From positions 112,988-176,987 of the forward strand of contig MNCI01001817.1 of NCBI GenBank assembly GCA_015680685.1: a stretch of DNA of 64,000 nt, in the 5' to 3' direction. The translations under genes were made by a program, and so were the position numbers. Numbering within the stretch: the stretch's first letter is position 1; the number at the start of each line of letters is the position of its first letter. The notes below the pieces were generated by a model. That model was not told the origin of the DNA. It searched no databases and saw nothing but the letters and a program-made list of their open reading frames with translations. This document shows, one piece after another, positions 26,083 to 38,925 of this stretch. The stretch is from Gnetum montanum. Lineage: Eukaryota; Plantae; Gnetophyta.

Positions 26083-29000
26083 AACATTTCTTCTTCTTCT
26101 TATAGGTGAGATCATTCTAAGTCAACAGTACCACAATAATGCAATGTGTTGTACACTCATCCTAATGAGTTTGTACCTAAATTTAGTTACATCCTCCATT
26201 AGGATGAAGAAATGTGGTGGTGTGACATGGAGGGGAATGTCATCTTACCACCTGATCAATTTGTTCCCAAGATGTTGCTCCAAACCCTTACAAGGTTGGG
26301 CATTGAGAAGCTTCATAGAGAGTACGTTGTGAAAGATCATGACTTTCAGGAGTACCATCCCACTAAGACATAATGCAAATGAGATTGGCAATAGGAAAAA
26401 TGTAATGAAGACATGAAGGAGAAATGGTTTACTAACTCTTTGTTCCTACTAGATCAAAAGCATAATGAGGAACCTCTTTTTGAGGGTTCTCAACATGTAG
26501 ACTCTCCACCTCTTAACTTTGGTGAAGTGGAGCTAGATCCAAATCCTAAATTAGTAATAAACAATCTAGGTTTAGGTAATAATGAGTCCCATGATTGTGC
26601 AAACTTTAAGAAAGAGATCGAAGTGGGAACTCGAACAAGAATAATGATGATCACTATAAGGATCATGGCCATGACAAATGAAGGAAAGTGGTAGACATGA
26701 TGATGGTGTTAGTCCCTCTTCCTCTTCATCCTCTTCATTTGAATTAGCTTCTTTCTTTGAATTTGAAAAGAATCACATGTGACAGGACAACAATGATAAT
26801 TGCAGAGACCATCATGAATGAATGGATGGTAGAGGACATCATAGGTGTCATCAAGATTATGATGATGAACCTCTATTAGCCATTTGAAATATGCTCAATA
26901 TCATAGAGGCTATCAGAATTCCTACCAAGCAGGTGAAAGATAGCCAAATCAAGAGGCTAGACATGAACAATATTTTCAAATTTAAGGAGGGATATAATTT
27001 AGATCCTCAAATGCATTTACAAGAGTTTTACGATGCCTGTACCTTACAAAATATTGAAAATTATTAGAAAAAGCTCAAGCTATTTCATAGAACACTCATC
27101 AAGAAAGAAAAACGCTAGTACCAGTCTCTAGAACTAGAATCAATTTGTCAATGGAGTACAATGCTAGAATTATTTAGTGACAAATATTAAACATACTCTA
27201 GAGTGTCAAACTTCCGAAGGCAAATCCAAGGCTAAAAACAAGAAATACATGAACCCTTGGATACTGTCATGTGCAAATATTATTCATTATTACACTAATG
27301 ACCTGGCCATGGTTACTCTCAGTGGAAACAACTTCACCATATCATAGATGGGCTTTCCTTAGAATCATGAAGAACCCTTGGGTTCTATGCCCAAGGAAGA
27401 CTATCGGAATTAAGTGCCCATTAGATAGAAATGTTGATTGAGTAGGTAGGAAAAGAAGAAGGAGAGTTGAGGAAACAAGAAAGTGTAGAAGAATATAATA
27501 GGGATATTTCCATCAAAAAGAAGGAGGTCCACTTTTATGATAGTGAGGAGGAGTTGCCTCTTGATGAGGTGGTGAAATGGAAGACCTTGTTGATCCAAAA
27601 ATCTATGTCTAAAAATTCAAGCAAGGTAGATAAAATGTGAAATTTTTTGGATTAAAAATTCCAAACTGCTCTAAAAGTCATTGAAGAATCAAGGGAGCAA
27701 AGTAGTGATCATGATTGCGGGAGGTGGAAAGATGCTAAACATGCCTACCAAAGAGGTAAGGACAAAGCTGTTGTAGTAGAAGAAGTTGTGAAGATTGAAT
27801 CATATGATGACAATGGATGTAAAATCTTCCACTATGAACATTTGAAGGGATGTTCCCCTATTGTATCACACTTATAGGAATCTAGGGTGCATGCTCTAAA
27901 TCCATGACTATCAAAAAGGAAAACACACAGAAGATTACCTTATCCTCAAGGTAATCCCTGGTAGTTACATCAGGGACATCCTTATTATCCAAGTGGAACT
28001 CCACTATAACCATATGAGAAATATTAGTAGTGGCAGCAACCATAGTCATGGGGGATGCCACCACCATGGTAGTAATACCCTTTTAGGCAACCGGATCCAT
28101 ATGGGTACTATGTTTAGCAACTCCTATCACCATGTGACTCTTCTAGTCATGTTTCTTTTTTCTAGAATCACTACAACCCTCTAGAATATCACTAAACTCA
28201 TTCTCCAACTCCTAGAGGGGATCCCATATTCCATCCATACCCTCCTCATGTGTCTACACTTGTTTCTCCACCCTCAACATAGCTACCACCTGCTCCATTC
28301 ATGCAAGGTGAGCTTCTAGCCTAGCCATAATGACATAATGCTACAAGGATTGTTAATATACTATTGGTTAATCAACCAAGTGGTTTGGAACCTAAATCTC
28401 ACAAAAAACTATTCTTCTAACCCAACAACTCTCCTAAGCCTTCACAAACTCATGCAGTTGGTCACCCTGCTCCATTCTCATCCTCTATAAGTCATCAAAT
28501 CAAGAGCCCTTCAAATCAAATGCCTTCCAAGATTTGCACTATTATGTTAACTCATGTTGTATTTGACTGGATCCAGGTTGAGAACCTTCCTAGGAAATTT
28601 ACCAATCCTAGAAGTCCACTTATCTATTTGCAGATTACTAGGAATGATCCATGTAAAGATCTTTTGAATTTAGGTTCCAATGTTAATTTGATTTCTCATT
28701 AGATGTATACTATTTGGAACCTATCACTTCTCAATAAGAGAAATATCAGATTAGCATTGGTAGACTAGTCCATCACTATTTCAATGGGACTGGTAGAAGA
28801 TATTGTGAACACTATCTGTGGGTGATGTTATCCTATTGATTTCCTAGTAATCAAAGTTGAGAACTACAAGGGGGATTTTCTAATCATTATGAGAAGGGTG
28901 TGGCTAAATACTATTGATGCAAAAATGAACATTAGAGATCTTTCTCTAAAACTTTTCAAAGAAAATACATTCAAAAAGATTAAGATGAAATGAGTTCCAT

Positions 29001-32000
29001 GCATCGCATACAGTGATACAAGGTGTAATTGTGTGTAGAAACTCTAGTTGGTAAAAAGAGCATCATCCATTTCTGCATGCATGAAGTGTGCAAATGAGGC
29101 AGATATTCAAAGGTATCTATACATGATAGCCATAAAACATGAAGGCACCTAGTGTTTGATAGCTAATCTTGAAAGCAGCACACTTTGCATGGAACTTGTT
29201 GAGAACCTAACATGTGCCTATCTTGAAAGAATGGATGAACTAGAGGAAGTTCATTACCAACTATTTGATAATGTAAATGATGATACCTATTGGAGAGAGT
29301 TGGAAATGCTTGATAATTTTAAATAAGAGCCCTTAGAGTTGAAAAGTCTACCTACCAACATGGAGTATGCATATCTAAAAAATGGCAAGCTAGTAATCAT
29401 CAATGCTATTCTTGCTCATGAATAGAAATAGATGTTGTTAAGGGTGATTAATAAATGTTCAACAACCTTTTCTTGGTCATATCCTAAACTCACAGGGATT
29501 GATCTTAGAAAATGCCAACATCGTATCTACACTGATTCAGCCATGAAGCCAAAGAGACAACCGTAGTGATGGTTAAACCCCAAATTGAAGCAAATCATCA
29601 AAGGGGAAATCGAAAAACTCCTCAAGGTAGGGTTTATCTATTCCATTATGGATAGTGAGTGGGTTAACCCACTCATGATTATGCCAAAGAAAGGTGGCAA
29701 GTGGTGGATCTATATCGACTTCTGGCTGTTGAATATGAAAATATTCAAAGATCACTTCCCATTGCCATTTGTGGATCAAGTGTTGGATACTATATCTAGG
29801 CATTACTATTATAGCATTCTAGATGGTTATAGTGGCTATAACCAAATCTAGATCATGTTAGAGGATTAGGTAAAAAAACCATTCATGAGTTGCTAGGAAA
29901 ATTTTGCATATTGAAAGATGCCTTTTGGTGTATGTAATGCTCTCGCAACATTCCAATACTTGGTTTTGAGCATTTTTCAACAAAAAATTGGTTTTGGGAT
30001 GAAAGTCTTCATGGATGACTTCTCCACCTATGGTGCCACATTTGAGAAACTCATAGATCACCTTGAGCAAGTGCTTAAAAGGTGTGTGGAGATGAATCTT
30101 TGGCTCAATTAATGAAAGAGCGATCTAATGGTCTAAGAGGGCATTGTACTGGGGCATGGAATTTCTTAGGTAGGGATTAAGGTGAACCCTAAAAAGATAA
30201 GGGTCATCCAAGGAATAACTCACTAACTAGAAACTATTAAAGATGTTTGATCATTCCTTGGATCATGTTTTATAAAGAATTTCTCTAAGATTGCAAAACC
30301 ATTGGTTGAGCTTACAAAGAAAGATGCTCCATTCATCTAGACCAAGGAATGAAAAAATGCATTCCAAGTCCTCAAGTAGAAGCTCATAGAGACTCCAATT
30401 CTATGAGCACTTGATTGATCCAAACCATTTGATATAATGATAGATGCATCAAATTATGTCTTGGAAGTCATGCTTATGCAATTGGATGATAAGAAACATC
30501 CATATTACATCCACTACGCAAGTGAAAGAATTACTGGTGCATAACTAAATTACACCATAATGGAGAAATAACTAATGGTGGTGGTGTATGCTTTAGAGAA
30601 GTTTAGGAACTATGTGCTTGGATACAAAGTGTTTGTGCACACTAACCATAGTGCCATTCGCTTCCTCATGAACAAGCCAATGGTAAGACCCTTTGTCATA
30701 TGGTGGCTGGTGATCTTGTAGGAATTTGATTTTACGATGGTAGATGAAAAGGGAAATGAGAATGTGGTTGCTGGTCACTTGTCTTAGTTATGATGGGATA
30801 ACAAAAAGGAGGAGAGTCCACTCTTTGACCAATTTCTTGATGAACTCCTCTTTATAGGTGCAATAAATGGACAAGTGTCCGATGAGCCAAAATGATATGA
30901 TGACATCCTTACTTATCTTCTTACTCAAGAGATACCTTGAGATCTAGACCATAGAAAGAAACAATAGTTTCTTCAGTAGGCTAAGTGCTTTATGGAAATC
31001 AATGGAGACCTTTATAGGATGTGCACCAATGGCCTAGTTCATTGATGTGTCCCTGATGCTAAGCAACTATGTGTTCTCTAGGATGCTTATGAGGGTCCTT
31101 GTGGGGGAAATTATGTTGGGAGAATCATGGTGATTAAAATCCTAATGGTAGGGTATTATTAGCCAACCATCTTTAGGGATGTCCAACAATTTGTCTAATC
31201 TTGTGAATGTTGCTGACAAGATGGTGGGATGACTGTGTGAATGGAGGAACCTCAATAGTGGATCCAACCATTGGAACCCTTTGACATATGGGGCATAAAC
31301 TTCATGGGTCCTATCACACCCATGTTAAATGAAAATTCATACATAATAATTATTGTTGATTACTACAAAAAATGGGCAAAAGCATCAACCATCATTGATT
31401 GTACATCATTTATTGCTACATGATTTGTACAACAAAATGTTGTAAATAGATTTGGGATGCCACGTACACTAATTTTTGATAACAAAACCCATTTTACAGC
31501 CACTACCTTTTACAAGATTATGCAATGCTTGGGGGTTGAACATAAACTAATAACACCCTACCACCCCAAGCCAATGGTCAATGAAAAGTTACTAATAAGG
31601 AGATTACAAAGATCTTACGAGAACTATTAGCAAATATAGGAGAGACTAGAGTACAAAACTCAACGATGCCCTCTGTGCCTACCACTCAACATGAAAACTC
31701 CCTATTGGCTACTTTCCTTATGAGTTAGTGTATGAAAAATTACCAACTCTACCTATCCAATCTAAGCTTCCTATACTTTTAATACCCTATGACTTGGACC
31801 TTGATCTTAGCCTAGTACAAAAATTAATATTAATCAACTTGTATGTGCTAGATGAAAATAAATTGGTTGCCTTGTCCTTGAATGAAGTGCACAAGGAATT
31901 TAGAAAGACATAACATGACTTGAGAATAAGAAAAGTCAAATTTCAACCTAGAGATAAGGTTTTCTACTAGAACCCCACACACATACCTCAATGAACTAAG

Positions 32001-32027
32001 TTTTAGATATTGTGGAAAGAACCTTAT
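26083..32027 (+). pseudogene. gag-pol: gag-pol pseudogene
   Basis: gag FKGGYNLDPQMHLQEFY; PR LLNLGSNVNLI…YPIDFLVI; RT SEWVNPL…KDHFPLPFVDQ…LDGYSGYNQI…MPFGVCNA…VFMDDFS; RH DASNY…YTIMEK…LAV-like; INT EPFDIWGINFMGPI…TPYHPK. Many stops and frameshifts. Confidence 0.92.
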
Positions 32028-33689
32028 TGTAGTGATCGAAAATGTCGGTGGCTAGAATGGTCATGCTGAGGGGTCCACGACCATGGTATAGTCATAACCC
32101 CACCCTTGTCTAAAGGATTTTTGCTAGAGGGGATAATGAAGGTGGAGCACTCAGGATAGTCTTGTTGATCGAACGAAGACCTACGAGGTGTTTCAACAAA
32201 TAAGTGCTAGGGGTTTACACGGTGTCTTTAGTGGTACCAAGGTTGGGTAAGCTGTAGCATGACAATGTTTTTAGGTGTAAAAAATGATAGTGAAAATGTG
32301 CAAATATTTGTGAAATAGTAAAAAATGAGAGTGCAATGCCAAAATTCCAGGAAAATGCTTGAAAATGCAATGGAGTTTGAGAGAGAAAAAATGGCACCAC
32401 CCCAAANAGGAGAGGTAAGGAGGTATGTAGTGTGCAAACAAGCATAGTAGGTAGAGTAGTCATATTTTTTAGGGTGTTAGGGATATGGAAACTAATGCCC
32501 ACTATGAAGTTTGTGCCTGCTAGGTTAGCTACTACAGTGTGCTATGATGCTGAGTGGTATACAAAGGTGTTACCAAGGTGCGAAGTGTTTTGGGGGTGTG
32601 GGGTGCTCCATATGCGTCAAATGCCAAATGATGCTTAGGTTTTCCAATTAAATGTAAGGATTGCTCACCATGCTTTTGATTTTCCAACCACTAAAATGTG
32701 AAATGTAGGGGTATTTCTAGGTTTAGGATTGATGTGAAATGCAAATTGGGTACCACGTGGCAAAAGGGATAGTTGAGGCTACACTGATCTAACTATGCTC
32801 TCAATAGAGCAACTAGTGCTACACTTTGGTGTGCTCTAATGGACCTCGAGAGACTACCAGACTATGACTACACTACCAAACTACATGTGCTAGAGTTGAA
32901 AAAATTGCAATGTACTTACAAGCAATGCAAAATAGTGCAATTTAGAGGCTATGATTTGGGACTATGGTCTTCCCTATTTCAAGTGAGATTGAGCATAGGT
33001 ATAATTTTAGGACAAATGGGGGATGTAAAAGAAATGCAAATTTTTTATCTTGCTTTTTGGAGGAGTGCTAGAGTTGAGATGAAGGCTTGTGCTGTGTTCT
33101 GATAGCTTTTGGAGGTTTTCCTGCATTGCTATGCTAGCTAGACTATGGAGCATAGCCCAATAGTTAAGAAAATTTAGCAAAAATTGAAGTCTAGTGCTGA
33201 CTATGCTAACTACACTTTAGAGCATAGCAGGAAAAGTGAGAGTGTAGCATTGAAACTTAGAAAAAATTGGCAAAACTTGTAGTCCTCATTTGAGTTACAC
33301 TAGCTATGCTATAGAGCATAGTAGGAGGGGTAGCCTTAGGAGTTAGAAAATCTACCAAATTATTTCTTCCATTCTAAGCTAGCTTGATAGCTCTTGGCTT
33401 GACACTTAGGAAAACTAGCCACTAAAGTGCATGCTACACTAACTACTCTTTAGAGTGTAATAGGGAGAATGGAAGTGTAGAACAACACTTAGAAAAATTT
33501 TTGCAACTGTTGTTGACACTTAGAAAATTTTGCAAATCTAGCTTTGTCTACATGCTATGCTGACTATGCTCTAGAGTGTAGTTCTAGTAGTGGAAGCATG
33601 TCCCAAAAACTTAGAAAAAAATTGCCTCATGCTGACACTTAGACAAATTTTCTATTGAGGTGCTGTCACCCAAATTTGGTGGTGTTTCA
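32028..33689 (-). repeat. 3' LTR of the Tat element
   Basis: Collinear with 49222-50830; minus strand TGAAACACC...TCACTACA. Confidence 0.88.
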
Positions 33690-33702
33690 TTGATCCCTCT
33701 TT
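33690..33702 (-). promoter_or_regulatory. Probable polypurine tract
   Basis: Minus strand AAAGAGGGATCAA immediately before TGAAACACC. Confidence 0.55.
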
Positions 33703-35194
33703 GTTAACATATGGAGGAGTGGCCCAAGAGCCATTAACAAAGAACTCAAAACACCATAGTAGGCATGATGCCAACATTGCTCACTGATACCTAGTTAGAT
33801 TGTGCTTCGCTGGGCTTGCGAGTGGTAAATGTAATAGTATGCTAAAGGTAACCATTATAGGGAATTGGGTTGGGATAGCAAGGGAGGAATGAAATGCAAA
33901 TGGTGTATCATGCTACAAGATGCAGAGTCAGCATGGTTGATCATGATCATGGCACTAGGGTGGATTGTCATCAAAATGACAACCTCTCATCAGAATTCTT
34001 GTGAAAGAGCTATGACCCATAGCACTAGAATGGCTTACCCTTGACATGTTGACCTCTCGTTTGAGTGGTTATGAGAAGGCTAATGGCAAATTTAGGGTTG
34101 GAATAGTTGTGAAATTGCAAATTTGCTAAATTCTTCTTAGGGACATGTTTTACCTCCCTTTGTTTTTTTTTATGTTTTATGCTTTTTTCTTTATGAAATG
34201 CTAGCTAGAAGATGCTTATCATCAAGTGGACTACATTCCACTCAATGGGATTTTCTTAGAGGCAACTGCATTACATCTGTAGGATAGGTGTTTCCTCCTT
34301 GGGATGAGTTACATTACATCCACTTGGCCTTTGACCAATCCATAGAGGCTTTCCATGAGATGAGTTGTGTTATGTCCATCATGGGTTCTGTGGTCAACTA
34401 AAAAAGGGTGCCATTTGCATAAGAAAAGCTCATAGGGAAGATGGGGAAATGTAAGGTAAAGGGGTAAATACAAGTAGGCTATAGGGGGTAATAGGGATGT
34501 GCACTCTTGAGTGGCTTGGCAAGTCTAACTAGGCACATTAGAGTAATGTGGTGACTTTTTGCTGTGATGAAACATGTCTTGGAATGACCACCTCTATGGC
34601 TTTACTTGCAAACAAAATACAAAGAAAACAAGAAAATGACCACATAGAATGAGATGGTAGCAAACTGCTAGTTGCAAGGACATTGCAAGTGCCATGAGTG
34701 CTGGACCAGTTGCCAAGGCTTGCAGTGCCAAAGTAGGAAGGCCAGTGTAGGTGCTAAAGCCAGAAGGTAGCAAAAGATCTAATAGTTGCACTGGAGGTGA
34801 GTGTTTGAGCAATGGCAAGAGCTCGATAGAATGAGTGAGAGGATCAAGGCCCTAATGCTACCATTTCTCCAGACAGTTGTGTTGATGATGAGAGCTCCAA
34901 GCAATAAAGAAATACCCAAGGTTGGTAATGTTGTAGATGCAGCCTAGGGCTGACAACATTGGTGACTATGGAAAGATCTTTTAAGGGTTAGCAAAATGTC
35001 CAAGGATGAATCTAGAAGGTCAGCAAAATGCTAAGGGGTAGTGACACTGCAAGTGTCCTAGAGGCTTCTGATGATAGGAAATCAATTTTGGAACTATAGA
35101 GTCCCCACCCTAACCACAAGGTGTGGGAAGATGGCATGGAGTTGGAAGTATTGTCACTCGCTTGTTTGCAAAACTATGTGTGTTGAACTACAAA

Positions 35195-35732
35195 CCCAGT
35201 TTAAGGTCTTGGTAGATTGGAAGCTATACTAGTTTAAGTTCCTAGTAGACCATGATGTACTAGTTTATAGTCCTAGAAAACTATGGATGTTGTGCTAGTT
35301 TAGAGTTGTAGTAGACTATGCTATGGGTGCCAATTTAGTGTCGTAGCTCAAGGACAATGGGGCATTAGTTTATATTCATAGAAAACTATGTTGTTCCAAT
35401 TTAACATCATAGTGGATGAGTATTGTGGATGCTAGTTTAATGTCATGGCCCAAGGACGCTGTGTGATAGTTTAACATCATAACAGATGATTAATGCTAGT
35501 TTAATGTCATAGTGGACACTTTATGCTAATTTAACATCATAGCTGATGCTATGTGCCAGTTTAACATCATAGTGGATACTTTGTGCCAATTTGATGTTGT
35601 AGTAGATGCTCTGTGCTAGTTTAATGTTGTAGCAGATGCTTTGGGCCAATTTAATGTCATAGCAGATGCTCTATGCTAGTTTAACATCATAGCAGACACT
35701 ATGTGCTAGTTTAACGTTGTGGTGGATGCTCT
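35195..35732. repeat. Tandem array of a ~30-bp unit (~17 copies) downstream of integrase
   Basis: Consensus like GCTAGTTTAACATCATAGCAGATGCTCTAT; exact 30-bp period over 35495-35732. Confidence 0.95.
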
Positions 35733-35766
35733 ACTTACCTTAATTTTATTGATGTGTTGCTATGTT

Positions 35767-38380
35767 TTAGGCATAGTAAGGCTTTAGGTATGAATGATTG
35801 ATCGGATTGGCAAACTCATTACCATTTAGGTCAGCAAGCTTGAATGCTTCATTGTCATAGGCCTTGGTGACCAAGAAAGGCCCTTCCAAATTAGTTGAGA
35901 ATTTATCCATGGGTTCATGAATGGCCTTGAGGACTAAGTCCCCTCTTCTGATTAGGCATTGATGTTGATTGTGGTGGTGCTTTTTCTGTTGCTTTTTTTG
36001 GTACCATTCGATGTGATCAAGTGTCTACGAGTACTCCTCCTCTATAGAGTTGAGGTTAATGGTTCTCAACTCATTGTTCTGAGCCTCATCAATGAAGCTT
36101 GAGAGGATCACACAGAGTGATGGGACCTATAATTCAAGAGGAAAAATCACTTTAGACTCATATACAAGGCTATATGGCATCTTACCTATTGTTGTTTTGT
36201 GTGTTGTGCGGTAGGCCCATAGTGGGTAGATGAGTTGCTCATGCCATTGTTGTTTGTTGCTATAGAGCATCTTCTTTAGAAGGTTGTTGATGACCTTATT
36301 TGTAGTCTTTTCTTGACCATTCTCCTGTAGAGAGTATGACCATGAAAAGAAATGCTTAATGCCAAAGTATTTGTAGAAGGCTTTGGTCTCTACATTGCTA
36401 AACTGTGGCCTGTTATTTGTGACTATAGTCATGGGTAGACCAAATCAGGTCACAATATTATCAAGGATGAATTTGCATACTTGTTGTGATGTCATTTTCC
36501 TAAGGGGAATAGCTTCAACTCACTTGGTAAAGTATTCAATTCTAGTTATGATGAAGCTATGTCCTGTAGAAGACTTAGGCATGATAGGTCCTATGATATC
36601 CAACCCCCAACATTGGAATGACTATGTGATCTATGTGGTATGTAATTCAATGGGAGGCACATGCATTAAGTTGCCATGCCATTAACAAACTTCACACTTC
36701 CTGACCTTGGAGATGCAATCTCACTCCATGTAAGGCCAACAGTAGCCTAAGCATTTGATTTTTGATGCCATTGCCCTGGGTGCTATGTGACCTCCACACA
36801 ATCCCTCGTGGACTTGATTAACAATCATTTGCTTTTCACTATCACTAACATAAGTTATTAGTATGCCATCATAGGTTCTATGACAGAGTGTGCTATCGTC
36901 CACGATGATGTACTACTATGATCACGTTCGCATTGCACCCTCTTGGGTAGTGGTTAAATGCTATGGAGGCTCACCCTATTGAAGGTATGCCTTAATGTTG
37001 TTGTACTATTCTACTACATGAGTTGTGCTTGTTGTGGCCACAGATGCAATATTAGTTGTTTGTGTGATAGGCTTAATGCACTCCATTACTAAAGCAAGCA
37101 AGGCATTAGACATGTTAGATGTAATGATTAAGGCTAACATAGCTAATGTGTTGGCAATGGTGTTCTTGTTTCAGTGAATGTGATGGATCTCTGTGGTTGA
37201 AAATCATTTGAGCAGGTGCTTTGCCAAGTCACAATAAGGTTGTAAATGTTGTGCTTTTCAAGTGTAAACCTTTGTAACTTGGTTAATGACTAACTATGAA
37301 ATGCTTCAGATTGCTAGGTTTCAAATTCCTAGGTCATAGGATGCTAAGATACCCTTGAGGAGGCCTTTGTACTCCACTACATTATTAGTGCAAGGGAATG
37401 CAAAATGATAAGTGAAGGGTCAAATCTCCTTAGAGGGAAACATGATTAAAGTAGTGGCACTACCCCCTTGAGAGGTTGAAGCACCATCAAAGTGTAAGAT
37501 TACCTATGTTTGAGTACATGGTCTAAGTCATCTGCATGGTTATGTGTCATCTTGAACTTAATTGCTATGTCATCAATGTAATCATTGAGCAAATCTAGCA
37601 ACTAATCATTGAAAATGTATTTCATATCACGTTGATAGGTTGCTCCTATGTTCTTTAGTCTAAAAGGCATCATTGTATAGCAAAATGTATCCCAAGGGTT
37701 CATGAAGGTAGTACTAAGCTAGTGCTCTCGCTTGATTCGAATCTAGTTGTAACCAGAGAACCCATCCATAAAGGACAATAAGGCATGGCCAACTATGGTA
37801 TCAACTAGTTGATCAATACTAGGCAAAGGAAAATTGTCTTAATGGTGGAGACCCAGTTTGCATAGTCAATTACCCAAATGAAACTAGCTTTGTAGGGCTT
37901 GGTGATTTCATCATGGATTGCCAACACCACCTTAGGCCTAACCTTGTAGGATTTCTACTTAACTGGCTTTATGTGAGGATTGAGGATTATATTGTGCTAC
38001 ACTATGCAAGAATCTAGGCCTAGCATGTCTTCGCAGGACCATGCAAACTCCTTAATGTTGTCGTTGAGTACCTTGACAATGTTTTGGGTGTGTTGAGGCT
38101 CTAACAAGGAACTAAGTTTTAGTGTCTTCACCTCACTACTAAGTGTTGCTACAGGGACTTCAACAAGGGGATCTTTAGTGACATTGCCTACCTCTAGATC
38201 TAAATATTTAACTAGATGGTCTAGCCAATGTAGCAGTGCCTCTATAGATGTTATGTGTTTTTCATAGGCCATGGGCTCAAGGTTTAGGCATTCGGTATCA
38301 ATGAATCGCATGAGGTTACCATGGAATCTGGTGAGGACCAGAGGTGAGTGAAGATGCTCATATGTGCTCATGTTGTAATC
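35767..38380 (-). pseudogene. pol: pol pseudogene: RT (partly deleted) - archaeal-type RNase H - integrase
   Basis: FAWSCEDMLGLD, DNFPLP, LSFMDGFSGYN*I, MPFRLKNIGATYQR, YIDDI; aRH LHFDGAST…CTNNVVEYKGL…LVINQV…NTIANTLA; INT HEGLCGGH…CEVC, LDIIGPI, PLWAYRTT, EGPFLV…YLKPYYA*. Confidence 0.92.
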
Positions 38381-38522
38381 CTACCAAGAATCATGCAAAA
38401 TAACTAGAAACAATGTCAAGCCACATCTATGTTAATGGAGTCGAAATGCATAAAATAGGAAAAACAATGCAATGAAGATTCGCTTAAGTTTGAAAATGTA
38501 ATATTATAAAAGCAAATGCATG

Positions 38523-38615
38523 GGCCAATTTTGGGCCTCGACAAGCCATTGATTACTAGTTTAATGTCTTAGTAGACCATTGATTGCCAGTTTAAGGTCT
38601 TAGTAGACCATTGAC
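38523..38615. repeat. Three units related to the 35.2-35.7 kb repeat
   Basis: GCCAATTTTG-GGCC..AGCC, CTAGTTTAA-TGTC-TTAGTA-GACC, CCAGTTTAA-GGTC-TTAGTA-GACC. Confidence 0.85.
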
Positions 38616-38807
38616 TATGCAAGATGCGTTAGTTTAGTTAAGGCAAAGAAGGCTTGGAATGTGGGGTTGTGTTAGGCATTCATTGGGAAATTAGAAGAAA
38701 TTTGCAAAATTTTCTAAGTCTGGAGACTATTAGAAAAAGTTTGAAATTTTTTTTCGTAACTTTGATTACTATGCTCACCCCTTGCTACGCTTGAGAAAAA
38801 TTTGGAA

Positions 38808-38925
38808 GGTATATATGTGCATCTTCATTAAGGGTCAACTTTGAAAGTGTGGAGCATGGTCTTGGTAGTAGTACATTTAATTACCCTGGGAGGGTATATA
38901 TGTGCATCTTCATTAAGGGTCAACT
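38808..38925. repeat. Perfect 33-bp direct repeat
   Basis: GGTATATATGTGCATCTTCATTAAGGGTCAACT at 38808-38840 and 38893-38925. Confidence 0.95.

Larger units (their letters stand above)
25075..32027 (+). mobile_element. Athila-like Ty3/gypsy element, cut at the integrase C-terminus by the Tat insertion
   Basis: LTR, tRNA-Asp-type PBS, gag, PR, RT, RH and INT in gypsy order; ends at WKEPY (WxGPY motif) where the next LTR starts. Confidence 0.92.

Noticed and set aside
35195-35732. CRISPR-like appearance of the 30-bp periodic array
   Set aside because: Units are contiguous and homologous along their length, with no unique spacers and no cas genes; context is a plant retrotransposon.
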